Below are positions 42,054 to 53,336 of a stretch of 64,000 nucleotides of DNA, one piece after another. Position 1 is the stretch's first letter, and every line of letters begins with the position of its first letter. The stretch covers positions 3,200,001-3,264,000 of the forward strand of contig CAVXGK010000002.1 of assembly GCA_963761305.1 (NCBI GenBank). The letters are read 5' to 3'. A program made the position numbers and the translations under genes. The stretch comes from an uncultured Gemmatimonadaceae bacterium. Lineage in GTDB: Bacteria; Gemmatimonadota; Gemmatimonadetes; Gemmatimonadales; Gemmatimonadaceae. The notes under the pieces are model-generated. The model had not been told where the DNA came from, made no database searches, and saw nothing but the letters and a program-made list of their open reading frames with translations.

Positions 42054-42150
42054 ATGAATAGGAACGACGGATTTCACGATTGAACGGATTTCACGATTGA
42101 ACCTTTGAAGTAAAATCCGCGAATTCCGCGAAATCGCAGTCCTATTTCAT
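42054..42150. repeat. Intergenic palindromic element with a 17-bp direct repeat
   Basis: ACGGATTTCACGATTGA x2 (42067-42100), complementary AATCCGCGAA/CGCGAAATC arm, outer AATAGGA/TCCTATT pair; lies between convergent genes. Confidence 0.75.
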
Positions 42151-43049
42151 CGAACCGAGTCGGGCGGAACTGCCATGCCCATGGCGTGATAGCCCTTGTC
42201 GACGTACACGGTGTTGCCAGTAATGCCGCTCGCCAGCGACGACGACAGAAACGCTGCGACGCGGCCGACTTCCTCGGCAGTCAGTTTTTCAGGGAGCGGC
42301 GCGTTCGCGGCCACGTATTCGACCATCTTCTCGATGATGCCGATCGCGCTCGCGGCGCGCGACGCGAGCGGGCCGGCGGAAATCGTGTTCACGCGACAGC
42401 CGAAACGCCGGCCGGCCTCGTAGGCCAAGGTTCGCGTGTCGCTCTCGAGCGCTGCCTTCGCCGACGACATCCCGCCGCCGTAGCCCGGGATCACGCGCTC
42501 GCTCGCGAGATACGTGAGCGACACGAACGACCCACCCGGACGCATGATCGCGCCGAAACGGCTCACCATCGAGATCATTGAATACGCGCTTGCGCTGACG
42601 GCCGCCAAGTATCCTTGGCGGCTCACGTCAATCAGCGCTTTCTTCACCTCGGGCCCGTTCGCGAGCGAGTGGACGACGATGTCGAGCGGCGTGTCGCCGA
42701 AATCCTGAACGAGTCGAGCCGCGACGCCGCCAATCGTACAATCGCCGACGTCCTTGTATCGCTTGTTGGTGCGAACATCTTCGGGAATCTCGTCATACGT
42801 ATCGTAGACGGCGTCGAGCGCGTAGATCTTCTCGAACGTCAATAGAGACCCCGACGACAGCCGGCGCGACTCGTCCATCTTGCCGCGCTCGAGCAAATTC
42901 AGAAAAATGGTGAGCGCCGGCGGCCAGGTTCCCACGCAGACGCTGGCGCCGGCTTCTGCCAGCGCCTTCGCGATGGCGAACCCGAACCCGGCGTCGTCCG
43001 CCACACCCGCAACGAGGGCTCGTCGCCCTGTGAGATCGATCTCGAGCAT
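42147..43049 (-). CDS. fabI: Enoyl-ACP reductase (NADH), long plastid/chlamydial type
   Basis: [56 protein letters not shown]. Confidence 0.92.
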   Translation of the reverse strand: MLEIDLTGRRALVAGVADDAGFGFAIAKALAEAGASVCVGTWPPALTIFLNLLERGKMDESRRLSSGSLLTFEKIYALDAVYDTYDEIPEDVRTNKRYKDVGDCTIGGVAARLVQDFGDTPLDIVVHSLANGPEVKKALIDVSRQGYLAAVSASAYSMISMVSRFGAIMRPGGSFVSLTYLASERVIPGYGGGMSSAKAALESDTRTLAYEAGRRFGCRVNTISAGPLASRAASAIGIIEKMVEYVAANAPLPEKLTAEEVGRVAAFLSSSLASGITGNTVYVDKGYHAMGMAVPPDSVR

Positions 43050-43127
43050 GCGATATAATAGTCCACCCCATCCGCCCGGCCACCGGGATCGAGCGGCCGG
43101 GCACGCATTCTGTAACCACGGTTCAGT

Positions 43128-44306
43128 GTGACAAGCCCCCTGCCCGCTCCTGCCCGCAACACCATAACCCGGCGATCGTCCGGCGAGACGACGCGCTCGC
43201 CCGACGGCGGGCCGTCGTTCGCGCGCGGCCTGTGGCGCATCGCGGCCGCCAACGTGTCGAGCGGAAACCGCGTCTCGTTGCTCCGCGACGGACCGGCCAC
43301 GTTCGACGCGATGCTCTCACTCATCGACAACGCGCGGGGCTCCGTTTCGCTCGAGAGCTACATCTTCCGCGCCGACGACGTCGGCGATCGGTTCGCCCGC
43401 GTGTTGACGGCGGCCGTCGAACGTGGCGTGACCGTGCGCGTGCTGACCGATTGGATCGGGGCGCGCGGCACGCGTCGACGGTTTCTCCGCCAGCTTCGCA
43501 CCGCGGGCGTCGAGCTGCTCGTGTTCAACCCGCCGGGATTCCGTGCGTGGCTCGGGCTCGTACCGCGCGACCACCGCAAGCTCCTCGTCGTCGACGGGGC
43601 GATCGGCATCACGGGCGGCGTCGGCGTCGGCCGCGAATGGACGACGGGCGTCGACAAGGTTCGCCGCTCGCGCTGGCGCGACACGTCGGTGCGCATCGAC
43701 GGACCGGCGGTGAACGACATGCAGGAGGCCTTTGACCGCATGTGGCGCCGCGCCGCGGGACATGAACGGCGCGGGTCGCATCGTTTTCTGCACCGTCCGG
43801 CGCGCGGCGCGCATCTCGATCCGGCCACGGACGAGGGCGCGCTGGTCGGCATCATCGAAGGCGAGCCGCTGCGGCTCCGCGTGTCGCGCGCGCTCCAGAT
43901 CCAGGCCATCTCCGCTCGCCGATCGATCTGGATCGCGACGGCGTATTTCACGCCTTCGCCGTCAGAGGTCGAAGCGCTGAACGGCGCGGCGAGTGACGGC
44001 GTCGACGTGCGAATCCTCGTGCCGGGTCGCAACGACCATCCGTGGGTGTCGTTGCTCGCCAAGCGCTACTACCGGCGGCTCCTCACGAACGGCGTGCGCA
44101 TCTGGGAGTGGTGCGGAGAGATGATGCACGCCAAGACGAGCGTCGTCGACGGTCGCTGGGTCCGCGTCGGATCCACCGACTTCAACCCGCTCGGCGTGAC
44201 GGTCAACTACGAGCTGGATGCCGTGATCGAGGACGCGTCGCTGGGCGAAGAGGCCGAGCGAATGTTCCTGGCCGATCTCGAAGAATCGCGCGAGATCACG
44301 TTGTAA
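43128..44306 (+). CDS. Phospholipase D family / cardiolipin synthase-like (ClsB-like, no N-terminal TM)
   Basis: Two HKD motifs: HRKLLVVDG and [13 protein letters not shown]. Confidence 0.9.
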   Translation: MTSPLPAPARNTITRRSSGETTRSPDGGPSFARGLWRIAAANVSSGNRVSLLRDGPATFDAMLSLIDNARGSVSLESYIFRADDVGDRFARVLTAAVERGVTVRVLTDWIGARGTRRRFLRQLRTAGVELLVFNPPGFRAWLGLVPRDHRKLLVVDGAIGITGGVGVGREWTTGVDKVRRSRWRDTSVRIDGPAVNDMQEAFDRMWRRAAGHERRGSHRFLHRPARGAHLDPATDEGALVGIIEGEPLRLRVSRALQIQAISARRSIWIATAYFTPSPSEVEALNGAASDGVDVRILVPGRNDHPWVSLLAKRYYRRLLTNGVRIWEWCGEMMHAKTSVVDGRWVRVGSTDFNPLGVTVNYELDAVIEDASLGEEAERMFLADLEESREITL

Positions 44307-44315
44307 CTTTCGTTC

Positions 44316-44846
44316 GTGAAGCCTGGAATCATCGTGATGTCGGAGCTGCAAGGCGAGATCGCCGCGCGCGTGCTCGACGTCCAGCGCCGCTTCGATCCGC
44401 GAATCGCCGCCGAGCTGCCGCCGCACGTGACGATCACCGGGTCATCCGGCATGGGACCGATTTCGCCCGACACGACCGACGAGCAGGTGATCCGGGTGCT
44501 GCAGCCGGTCGCGGCGGCGAGCGTGCCGTTCGAGGTGAAGCTCCAGCCGCCGATGCAATTCATGCAGAGCACCGTCGTCGTGCTGCCGATCGATCCCAAC
44601 GGTCCGATCCGCGCGCTGCACGAGCGCATCAAGTCGAGCGGATTGTCGTACGAGCGCCCGCGCTTCACCTTCACGCCGCACGTCACGCTGAGCTTCTATC
44701 CCGAGCTCTCGCGCGACGCGTTGCGCGAGTTGACGCGGTTTCGCATCAAGGAGCCGATCACGATCCTGAAGATCCAGGCGTACCGCGCGCTCGATCTCAC
44801 GCGCTCGATCCGCGTCGTGGACTTGCCACTCGAGTCGGTCGCATGA
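44316..44846 (+). CDS. 2H phosphoesterase (2'-5' RNA ligase superfamily)
   Basis: Two HxT motifs (PHVTI, PHVTL). Confidence 0.85.
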   Translation: MKPGIIVMSELQGEIAARVLDVQRRFDPRIAAELPPHVTITGSSGMGPISPDTTDEQVIRVLQPVAAASVPFEVKLQPPMQFMQSTVVVLPIDPNGPIRALHERIKSSGLSYERPRFTFTPHVTLSFYPELSRDALRELTRFRIKEPITILKIQAYRALDLTRSIRVVDLPLESVA

Positions 44847-46315
44847 CCGAGTCGGTGGCGCGCGCCGCGGGCCTCGAGCGGCCGGCGATTCTCGACGCCA
44901 TCGAAGCGGACGCCGACGTCGAGGTCGGACGCGCGTTCGCCGGCGTGATCGCCGACTACCTCGCCGGCACACGCCAGCGCGAGATGCGCGTCTCGACGAA
45001 ACACACGCCCGAGGCGATCGCCGCCCGGTTCGACGAACCGCTGCCGCGCGACGGCCGCCCGATCGATGCGATCGTCGATCGCCTGCATCGCGACGTCGTC
45101 GCCGAGTCGAACCACCTGTGGCATCCGCGATACGTGGGCCATCAGAATTCGGGTCCGCTGCCGGCGGCGATTTGGACTGAATCGGTGACTGCGGCGCTCA
45201 ATCAGTCGATCGCCGTGTTCGAGATGTCACCGGTCGGGACGATTCTCGAGCATCGCGTCGTCTCGTGGATGTGCGAGCTGATCGGATTTCCGGCGGGATT
45301 CGGCGGCACGTTCACGAGCGGCGGCACCGAGGCGACGTTCACCGCCCTCCTCGCCGCCCGCAGCGCCGCGATGCCGAATGCGTGGAGCGATGGCGTCGGC
45401 GCCGATCCACCGCTGCTCCTCTGTGGCGAACACGCGCACTACGCCGTCACGCGGGCCGCCGCGCAGCTGGGGCTCGGCATGCGGAACGTGCGAACGATCG
45501 CGTCGCGCCGCTATGCGATGGATCCGTCGTCGCTCGAGCGGACGCTGGCCGAGCTGGCGAGCGAGGGGCGTCGCGTGATGGCCGTCGTCGCCACCGCCGG
45601 TTCGACGGCCACGGGATCGTTCGACGACGTTCATGCGATCGCGTCGCTGTGCGACACGCACGGCGTGTGGCTGCACGTCGACGCGGCGCACGGCGGATCG
45701 GCGCTCTGGTCGGCGCGCCACCGTCACCGCCTTCGCGGCATCGAACGGGCGCGGTCGGTAGCGTGGGACACCCATAAGATGATGCTCATGCCCAGTCAGG
45801 CGGGCATGCTGCTCGTGCGCGACGAGCGCGACTTGGAGGCGGCGTTCGCCCAGCGCGCGCCGTATCTCTTCCACGACGCCCGGGGTCAGCGCGCGTGGGA
45901 CCAGGGCACGCGCAGCTTCATGTGCACGCGCCGCGCCGACGTCCTCAAGGTGTGGGTCGCGCTCGAGCGCTACGGCGCGAACGGCATGGCGGAGCTCTAC
46001 GACTACTTCTGCGCGCTCGCTCGCCTGGTCCACGACGAGATCTCGGCGCGCGACGATTTTCAGGCGTTGCACGAGCCCGAGTCCAACATCCTGTGCTTCC
46101 GCTACGTCGGCGACGGCTCGCGCTCCGACGAGGAGCTCGACGATCTGAACCGCCGGATTCGCGAACGGTTCAACGCGTCGGGCGACGGATGGATCACCGC
46201 GACGAACCTGAACGGCCGCCGCGTGCTCCGCGTGACGATGATGAATCCGCGCACGACCGAGTCGGATGTTCGCGCGATCCTGGACGGACTCGCCGCAGTT
46301 GGCCGCGCCCTTTAG
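44843..46315 (+). CDS. Group II PLP-dependent amino-acid decarboxylase
   Basis: HPRYVGHQ, TSGGTEA, AHY, TAGST, LHVDAAHG, DTHK (PLP lysine); ATGA overlap with the 2H gene. Confidence 0.92.
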   Translation: MTESVARAAGLERPAILDAIEADADVEVGRAFAGVIADYLAGTRQREMRVSTKHTPEAIAARFDEPLPRDGRPIDAIVDRLHRDVVAESNHLWHPRYVGHQNSGPLPAAIWTESVTAALNQSIAVFEMSPVGTILEHRVVSWMCELIGFPAGFGGTFTSGGTEATFTALLAARSAAMPNAWSDGVGADPPLLLCGEHAHYAVTRAAAQLGLGMRNVRTIASRRYAMDPSSLERTLAELASEGRRVMAVVATAGSTATGSFDDVHAIASLCDTHGVWLHVDAAHGGSALWSARHRHRLRGIERARSVAWDTHKMMLMPSQAGMLLVRDERDLEAAFAQRAPYLFHDARGQRAWDQGTRSFMCTRRADVLKVWVALERYGANGMAELYDYFCALARLVHDEISARDDFQALHEPESNILCFRYVGDGSRSDEELDDLNRRIRERFNASGDGWITATNLNGRRVLRVTMMNPRTTESDVRAILDGLAAVGRAL

Positions 46316-46336
46316 CAGTCCACCCGTCCACCCGAC

Positions 46337-46843
46337 CTACATCGCCTTCTTGATCTGCGCGTCCAGGTCCTGGTTTCCGCCGAGCCCGGTGTAGACCACC
46401 TTGCCCGTCTTGTCGAGGACGACCACGTAGGACGTCGCCGGCACGTCGTAGGCGCCTGTCGCGTTGCCCTTCGTGTCGAAGAACTGGTCGCCCGGCAGCC
46501 CGTGCTTGTCGACGAACGCCTTCACGCCCTTGGGCGTCTCGTTCACCGACACCGCGACGCCGATGAACTTGACGCGGCCCGCGTACTTCTTCGCCACCGA
46601 GAGCAGCGTCGGCTCGAGCTCTTTGCAGTTCGGGCACCACACGGCCCAGAACTCCATCACCACCGGCATTTTGCCGATGTACGCCGACAGATCGGCGTCC
46701 TTGCCGTCGAGCGTCGAAACCTTGGCGCCAGGTGCCATGCTGCCGACCTCGAGTCCCAGATCTTGCGCGGAAGCGTCGCGTGGGGCGGCAAGCGTGATCG
46801 CCAGTGCGACGGCGAAAAACGCGGCAATGCGGGCGAATCTCAT
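46337..46843 (-). CDS. TlpA/ResA-like periplasmic thioredoxin
   Basis: Signal peptide, EFWAVWCPNC. Confidence 0.9.
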   Translation of the reverse strand: MRFARIAAFFAVALAITLAAPRDASAQDLGLEVGSMAPGAKVSTLDGKDADLSAYIGKMPVVMEFWAVWCPNCKELEPTLLSVAKKYAGRVKFIGVAVSVNETPKGVKAFVDKHGLPGDQFFDTKGNATGAYDVPATSYVVVLDKTGKVVYTGLGGNQDLDAQIKKAM

Positions 46844-46870
46844 CAGATCAACTCTCCGGAGACGTTCGAA

Positions 46871-47596
46871 TCAGAACAGCAGCTGACCCATCTTCACCAG
46901 GTAGTACTGGGCGGCGATGATCATCACCAACGCGAAGAAGCGCTTGACCCACACCATCCATACGCCGGCGCGCGGGAGTCGTGCGATGCTGCCCGACGAG
47001 ACACCCACCGCTACCAGCAAGGTGCACATTCCCAGCGAGAACACCAGCAAGTAGACGAACCCGAGCACCGCGCTCTTCGTCGACGCCACCCATGTGAGCA
47101 CCGCCGCCATCACGGGGGCGGAGCACGGCGCCGCCACCAGGCCCGACATGGCTCCCATCGCGAACGCGCCCGACAACCGTCCCGCGCTCCCCACATTGCT
47201 CGCCCGTTCCAGGATCGCCGTCGGCAACCGAACGTGGAACACGTCCAGCATGGCCAACGCCGCGATCAGCAACAGGTTCGCCATCGCGAGGTAGAGCCAC
47301 GGGTTCGTGCTCACCGTGCCAAAAAGCGTTCCGGTCATCCCGGCGAACAGCCCCAGCGCCGAGTAAACCAGCGCCAGCCCGAGCACGTAGGTAAGGGTGA
47401 GGGCGATGGGCCGCGACCTGGATGCACCCGTTCGTCCCGACGCCGAAGCCGACGTCCCCCCGACGATCGCCGCCGTAATGGGGATCATCGGATAGATGCA
47501 CGGCGTCAGGCTCGTCAGCACGCCGCCCACGAAGACGAATGGAATCGCCCTGAACGGGTTGCCCGAGAGGTTGGGAAGGAAAGTCTGAAAAACCAC
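46871..47596 (-). CDS. ccdA: CcdA / DsbD transmembrane domain protein
   Basis: SLTPCIYPMIP and AAPCSAP redox cysteines; LPRAGVWM. Confidence 0.88.
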   Translation of the reverse strand: MVFQTFLPNLSGNPFRAIPFVFVGGVLTSLTPCIYPMIPITAAIVGGTSASASGRTGASRSRPIALTLTYVLGLALVYSALGLFAGMTGTLFGTVSTNPWLYLAMANLLLIAALAMLDVFHVRLPTAILERASNVGSAGRLSGAFAMGAMSGLVAAPCSAPVMAAVLTWVASTKSAVLGFVYLLVFSLGMCTLLVAVGVSSGSIARLPRAGVWMVWVKRFFALVMIIAAQYYLVKMGQLLF

Positions 47597-47637
47597 GCGG
47601 GTTAACGGAGTGAGAAGCGGAGCGTCGACCTGTTAAA

Positions 47638-47728
47638 CGGTGGACAGGTGGACGGGTGGACAGGTGAACGGCAAGAACGAGCGTCGGCAGTTACCTGTCC
47701 ACCCGTCTACCGACCACCTGACCACCCG
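47638..47728. repeat. Inverted octamer arrays forming a long hairpin
   Basis: Four GGTGGAC(A/G)-like units facing ACCTGTCC/ACCCGTCT/ACCGACC/ACCTGACC units across a short spacer. Confidence 0.8.
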
Positions 47729-47737
47729 AGGTAAGGT

Positions 47738-48508
47738 ATGACCAAGACAACTGCGATAACAATCACGCTGGGCGCGTTGGCATTCCTGATCGCCGCTCCG
47801 CACGCGAATTCCGCGGCCGCGCAAGGCGTCGGGGCACAGCAAGGCGGTTCGATGGCCATGGACAGCGCGCGGATGGCCGGCATGGCCGATCACGCGATGA
47901 GCGGCGCCATGGACGAGAACATGATGAAGCACATGGAGCTCAGCCCCGTTCGCGTGGCTACGCACGCCGATTCGGTGCGCGCTTTGCGCCTCGCCGGAGA
48001 GCTCAAGCAGGCGATCCTCAAATACGCCGACACGGCCGCAGCCGTCGCCGACGGCTACAGGATGTTCCTGCCCAACGTGAAGCAACAAAAGGTCTACCAC
48101 TTCACGAACAACGGCCGCGCGTTCATGGAAGCATTCCGCTTCGATCCTGCCAAGCCGACGTCGATCCTCTATTCACGCGGCGCCGACGGCAAGCTCCAGC
48201 TCGTCGGCGCGATGTACACGATGCCCAAAAACACGCGTCTCGATCGGCTCAACGATCGTGTTCCACTCGGCATCGCGCGATGGCACAAGCACGTGAACTG
48301 GTGCCTGCCGAAAAAAGGCAGCGAATCACGCTACCTGGAAAGGAAAAACGGCGCGCCCGTGTTCGGCCCGGAGAGTCCGATCGCGACCAAGGCCGAGTGC
48401 GACGCGGTGGGCGGCGATTTTCATCCGAGCCTGTTCGGTTGGATGATCCACGCCAACGTCGTCGAAGGCCACGACCTCGGGAGCATCTTCGCCGACGATC
48501 ACCGGTGA
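47738..48508 (+). CDS. Secreted hypothetical protein, Met/His-rich
   Basis: GAGGT upstream, signal peptide, Met-rich N-terminus, AVADGY, YHF, WHKHVNWC, WMIHAN. Confidence 0.8.
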   Translation: MTKTTAITITLGALAFLIAAPHANSAAAQGVGAQQGGSMAMDSARMAGMADHAMSGAMDENMMKHMELSPVRVATHADSVRALRLAGELKQAILKYADTAAAVADGYRMFLPNVKQQKVYHFTNNGRAFMEAFRFDPAKPTSILYSRGADGKLQLVGAMYTMPKNTRLDRLNDRVPLGIARWHKHVNWCLPKKGSESRYLERKNGAPVFGPESPIATKAECDAVGGDFHPSLFGWMIHANVVEGHDLGSIFADDHR

Positions 48509-48512
48509 AGCA

Positions 48513-50951
48513 TCACTCCGCGCGAAGGGCAATTAGCGGATCGACGCGCGACGCTCGATAAGCAGGAATCACCGCGGCGATCGCCGCGACGGCGGCGAAC
48601 AACACCGGCACGACGACGAACGTCTCGACGTCCGACGGCGCGGTGTCGAACAACATCGCGCGAAGAACGCGCGTCGTCATCGAGGCGACGACGAGTCCAG
48701 CGATCGTCCCGACGACGACGAACGTTCCGACGTCGCTCGCGACGAACCAGAGAATTCGGCGCTGGGTCGCGCCGACCGCGATCCGAATGCCGAGCTCGCG
48801 CGTCCGCCGCGATGCGCCGAACGCCACCACCGCATACAGACCGATCGCGGACAGCACGAGCGCTGTGGCCGCGAACGCCGACATCAACGTCATCACGAAA
48901 AAGCGTGGGTCGGCAAATGACGGTCCGGTACGCTCGACGCTCGGTGAGCCACGAAACTTGATGGCCGGATCGGCCGACTCGACCGCCTTCGTCACCGCGC
49001 CAACCGTCTCGGCGGCGCGGCTCGACCGAACGACGAAGTTCATCCAGGGCCAGACCTCGAGTGTGTACGGCAGAAATACCTGCTCGGGCGGCTTGGCGTC
49101 GGCCCCAAACTCGTGGTAGTCCGCCACGACTCCGACGACCGGCAGCGTGATGGGTTGGCCGAAGTCGGCGCGCGCCTGCGACGATCGATAGACCGTGATT
49201 CGTTTCCCGATCGCCGTCGTTCCGGGCCAGAGATGTTTGGCCAGGTTCTCGGTGACGAGAAAGCCGTTCGGCGACCGCATGTCGTCGTCGGTGAACCCGC
49301 GGCCGGCGACGACGCGCAGCCGCATCACGGCGAGGAAGTCGGCGGAGATCGGGTGATACGCCGCGGTGGGCGGCGTGGCGGCGCCGCGCTGTTCTTCGGT
49401 TTCAACTTTCGTAGGCAGTAGTGCGCCGCCGGCAGCGGCGGCGAGATCCACGCCGGGCACGGCGCGCACTGCGTCGATGATCCGCTTGTACAGCGCCGCC
49501 GCGTCGGCGGGTGAGTCGAAGCGATGCGACGCCGGCGCGATGGTGAACGAGATCAGCCCTTGAGGGTCATAGCCGAGATCGACGGCCGCGAGCCGGCGCA
49601 CGCTCTGCACGAGCAGGCCCGCACCGATCAACACCGATATCGCGAGAGCCAACTGCAACGAGACGAGAATACCGCGCACACGTCTGCCCGCGGAGCCCGC
49701 GGTGCTCGACGATGAACCGCCGCGCAGCCGTTCGGTGAGACGGCCGCGATCTCGGTGCAAGAGCGTGACGATCGCCAGGAACAGCGCCGACCCCGCCGAT
49801 GCGGCGACGACGAACGATGCAACGCGAGCGTCGATCACGAATTCAGTCGCAAACGGAAGCCGAGCGGCGGCGTGCGACCGAACGAACGAGAGGGCAACGT
49901 GCGCGAGTACCAGGCCGACTGCGCCTCCCGCCGCGGCGATCGCCATCGCGTCGGCCACGACGAGTCGCGTCAGCCGCCACGATCCGGCGCCGAGGGCCGC
50001 GCGTATCGCCAGCTCTCGATCGCGCCCGCTGACCCGGACGAGCAACAGGTTGGCGACGTTCGCGCAGGCGAGAAGCAGCAGGAGGACGACCGCTCCGGAA
50101 ATGAAAATGAGCGTCGACCGGAGCTGGCCGAACAATTCGTTCGACAAACTCGACAGCGCGACCGATGTCCAGTGTCCCTGCTCGGTCGGATACTCGGCGG
50201 CGAGCCGCTGTTCGATCGTGTGCAGCGTCGCCGTAACGCGTACTGAATCGGAACCGGCGCGCATGCGCAGAATCGTCCGACTGTCGACGTGGAGCCCGCG
50301 GAGTGACAGCGCCTGATTCGTCCGCTGAAACGCGGTGATCGGCTCCCAGACTGCCGGAGGCAGCCATCCGCCGCTCCCGAAGTTCGGGTACGCGAAGCCT
50401 GGCGGCATCACGCCGACGATGGTGGTCGGAACGCTGTCGATGACGACCGTTCGGCCGATCGCCGAGCGATCACCGTTGAACTGGTGTTGAAAGAAGTCGA
50501 ATGACGCGATCGCGACCTGCGGCGCATCGAATCGATAGTCGTCGGCCACGAAAATCCGTCCCGACGTCGGGCGAGCACCGGTGACAGCGAAGAACTCGGG
50601 GTCGACGTAGGCGGCGATTCGTTGTTCGGGTCCACCCGGTCCGAGAACCGACACGCCATTCCCGCGGATGAACGAAACGCCTTCGATCGCCTGATTCGCG
50701 GTGCCGATCTGCGCTTGCCAATCTCTGACCGTCGGATAGGACGGCGTGCGCAGGTTCCCGTTGTCGCTCGATTCGTACACGGCCTGGAGCCGGCCGGCAT
50801 CGCGATACGGAAGTCCGCGCACGAGGACCGCGTCGACGATGCTGAACATCGCCGTGGCTGCGCCGATCGCCGGCGCGAGGATCAGCACGGCCGCGAGCGC
50901 GAACCCGCGCGACCGCCGCAGCCATCGAATCGGTTCTCGAAGGATCCACAT
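48513..50951 (-). CDS. Duplicated MacB/FtsX-type ABC permease (ADOP-like), no prefix domain
   Basis: [51 protein letters not shown]. Confidence 0.92.
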   Translation of the reverse strand: MWILREPIRWLRRSRGFALAAVLILAPAIGAATAMFSIVDAVLVRGLPYRDAGRLQAVYESSDNGNLRTPSYPTVRDWQAQIGTANQAIEGVSFIRGNGVSVLGPGGPEQRIAAYVDPEFFAVTGARPTSGRIFVADDYRFDAPQVAIASFDFFQHQFNGDRSAIGRTVVIDSVPTTIVGVMPPGFAYPNFGSGGWLPPAVWEPITAFQRTNQALSLRGLHVDSRTILRMRAGSDSVRVTATLHTIEQRLAAEYPTEQGHWTSVALSSLSNELFGQLRSTLIFISGAVVLLLLLACANVANLLLVRVSGRDRELAIRAALGAGSWRLTRLVVADAMAIAAAGGAVGLVLAHVALSFVRSHAAARLPFATEFVIDARVASFVVAASAGSALFLAIVTLLHRDRGRLTERLRGGSSSSTAGSAGRRVRGILVSLQLALAISVLIGAGLLVQSVRRLAAVDLGYDPQGLISFTIAPASHRFDSPADAAALYKRIIDAVRAVPGVDLAAAAGGALLPTKVETEEQRGAATPPTAAYHPISADFLAVMRLRVVAGRGFTDDDMRSPNGFLVTENLAKHLWPGTTAIGKRITVYRSSQARADFGQPITLPVVGVVADYHEFGADAKPPEQVFLPYTLEVWPWMNFVVRSSRAAETVGAVTKAVESADPAIKFRGSPSVERTGPSFADPRFFVMTLMSAFAATALVLSAIGLYAVVAFGASRRTRELGIRIAVGATQRRILWFVASDVGTFVVVGTIAGLVVASMTTRVLRAMLFDTAPSDVETFVVVPVLFAAVAAIAAVIPAYRASRVDPLIALRAE

Positions 50952-50954
50952 GGA

Positions 50955-51028
50955 GATAAGATTTTATCTTATCGCACGCACTTGTCAACCCGGCGCGAGT
51001 TGACAGCCGTTCCGGCCCGGTGGACTAT
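50955..51028. promoter_or_regulatory. Back-to-back sigma70 promoters with a palindromic operator
   Basis: Minus strand: TTGACA-16-TAAAAT overlapped by GATAAGAT-N3-ATCTTATC (50955-50973). Plus strand: TTGACA (51000-51005)-17-GACTAT (51023-51028). Confidence 0.7.
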
Positions 51029-51034
51029 GGGCGA

Positions 51035-51520
51035 ATGTCTCGTGAGTTGACGCTGCGGTCGCACCGACCGGGCGACATGGGGTGGATCGTCCACCGGCAC
51101 GGCGTGCTCTACAATCAGGAATACGGCTACGACGAGCGCTTCGAGGCCCTCGTAGCACGCGTCGTCGCCGACTTCGTCGAGCACCTCGATCCGGCGCGCG
51201 AGCGGTGCTGGATCGCCGATCGCGACGGCGAGCCGCTTGGCTCGGTGTTCGTCGTCGCGAAATCGAAGTACGTCGCGAAGCTGCGTCTGTTACTCGTCGA
51301 ACCGTCGGCACGCGGGCTCGGGATCGGCAAGCGGTTGGTGGACGAAGTCGTCCGGTTCTCTCGCGCCGCCGGGTATCGAAAGGTCGTTCTGTGGACGCAA
51401 AGCGAGCTGACCGCTGCGCGCCGGATCTACGCCGCGGCCGGATTTCGCTGCGTACGCGAGGAGTCCCATCGTTCGTTCGGCACGCCCGCCGTCGCCGAGG
51501 TGTGGGAGCTCGAGCTGTAG
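51035..51520 (+). CDS. GNAT N-acetyltransferase
   Basis: [44 protein letters not shown]. Confidence 0.9.
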   Translation: MSRELTLRSHRPGDMGWIVHRHGVLYNQEYGYDERFEALVARVVADFVEHLDPARERCWIADRDGEPLGSVFVVAKSKYVAKLRLLLVEPSARGLGIGKRLVDEVVRFSRAAGYRKVVLWTQSELTAARRIYAAAGFRCVREESHRSFGTPAVAEVWELEL

Positions 51521-51529
51521 CGGTCGAGA

Positions 51530-51647
51530 GTGCGGGGTGCGGGGTGCGGGCGCGGGGTGCGGAGAATTGGGACGAGTGCGGTGTTTGGCGAGCGGCTAAA
51601 TTCCGCACGCTTACACGGTCCACCCGTCCCGTCCACCCGCCCACCCG
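51530..51647. repeat. (GTGCGGG)n heptamer array and (GTCCACCC)-type octamer array upstream of ettA
   Basis: Three perfect GTGCGGG at 51530-51550 plus degenerate copies; GTCCACCC-like units at 51618-51647. Confidence 0.75.
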
Positions 51648-51651
51648 CTTA

Positions 51652-53331
<1,680 letters not shown>

Positions 53332-53336
53332 CGACC

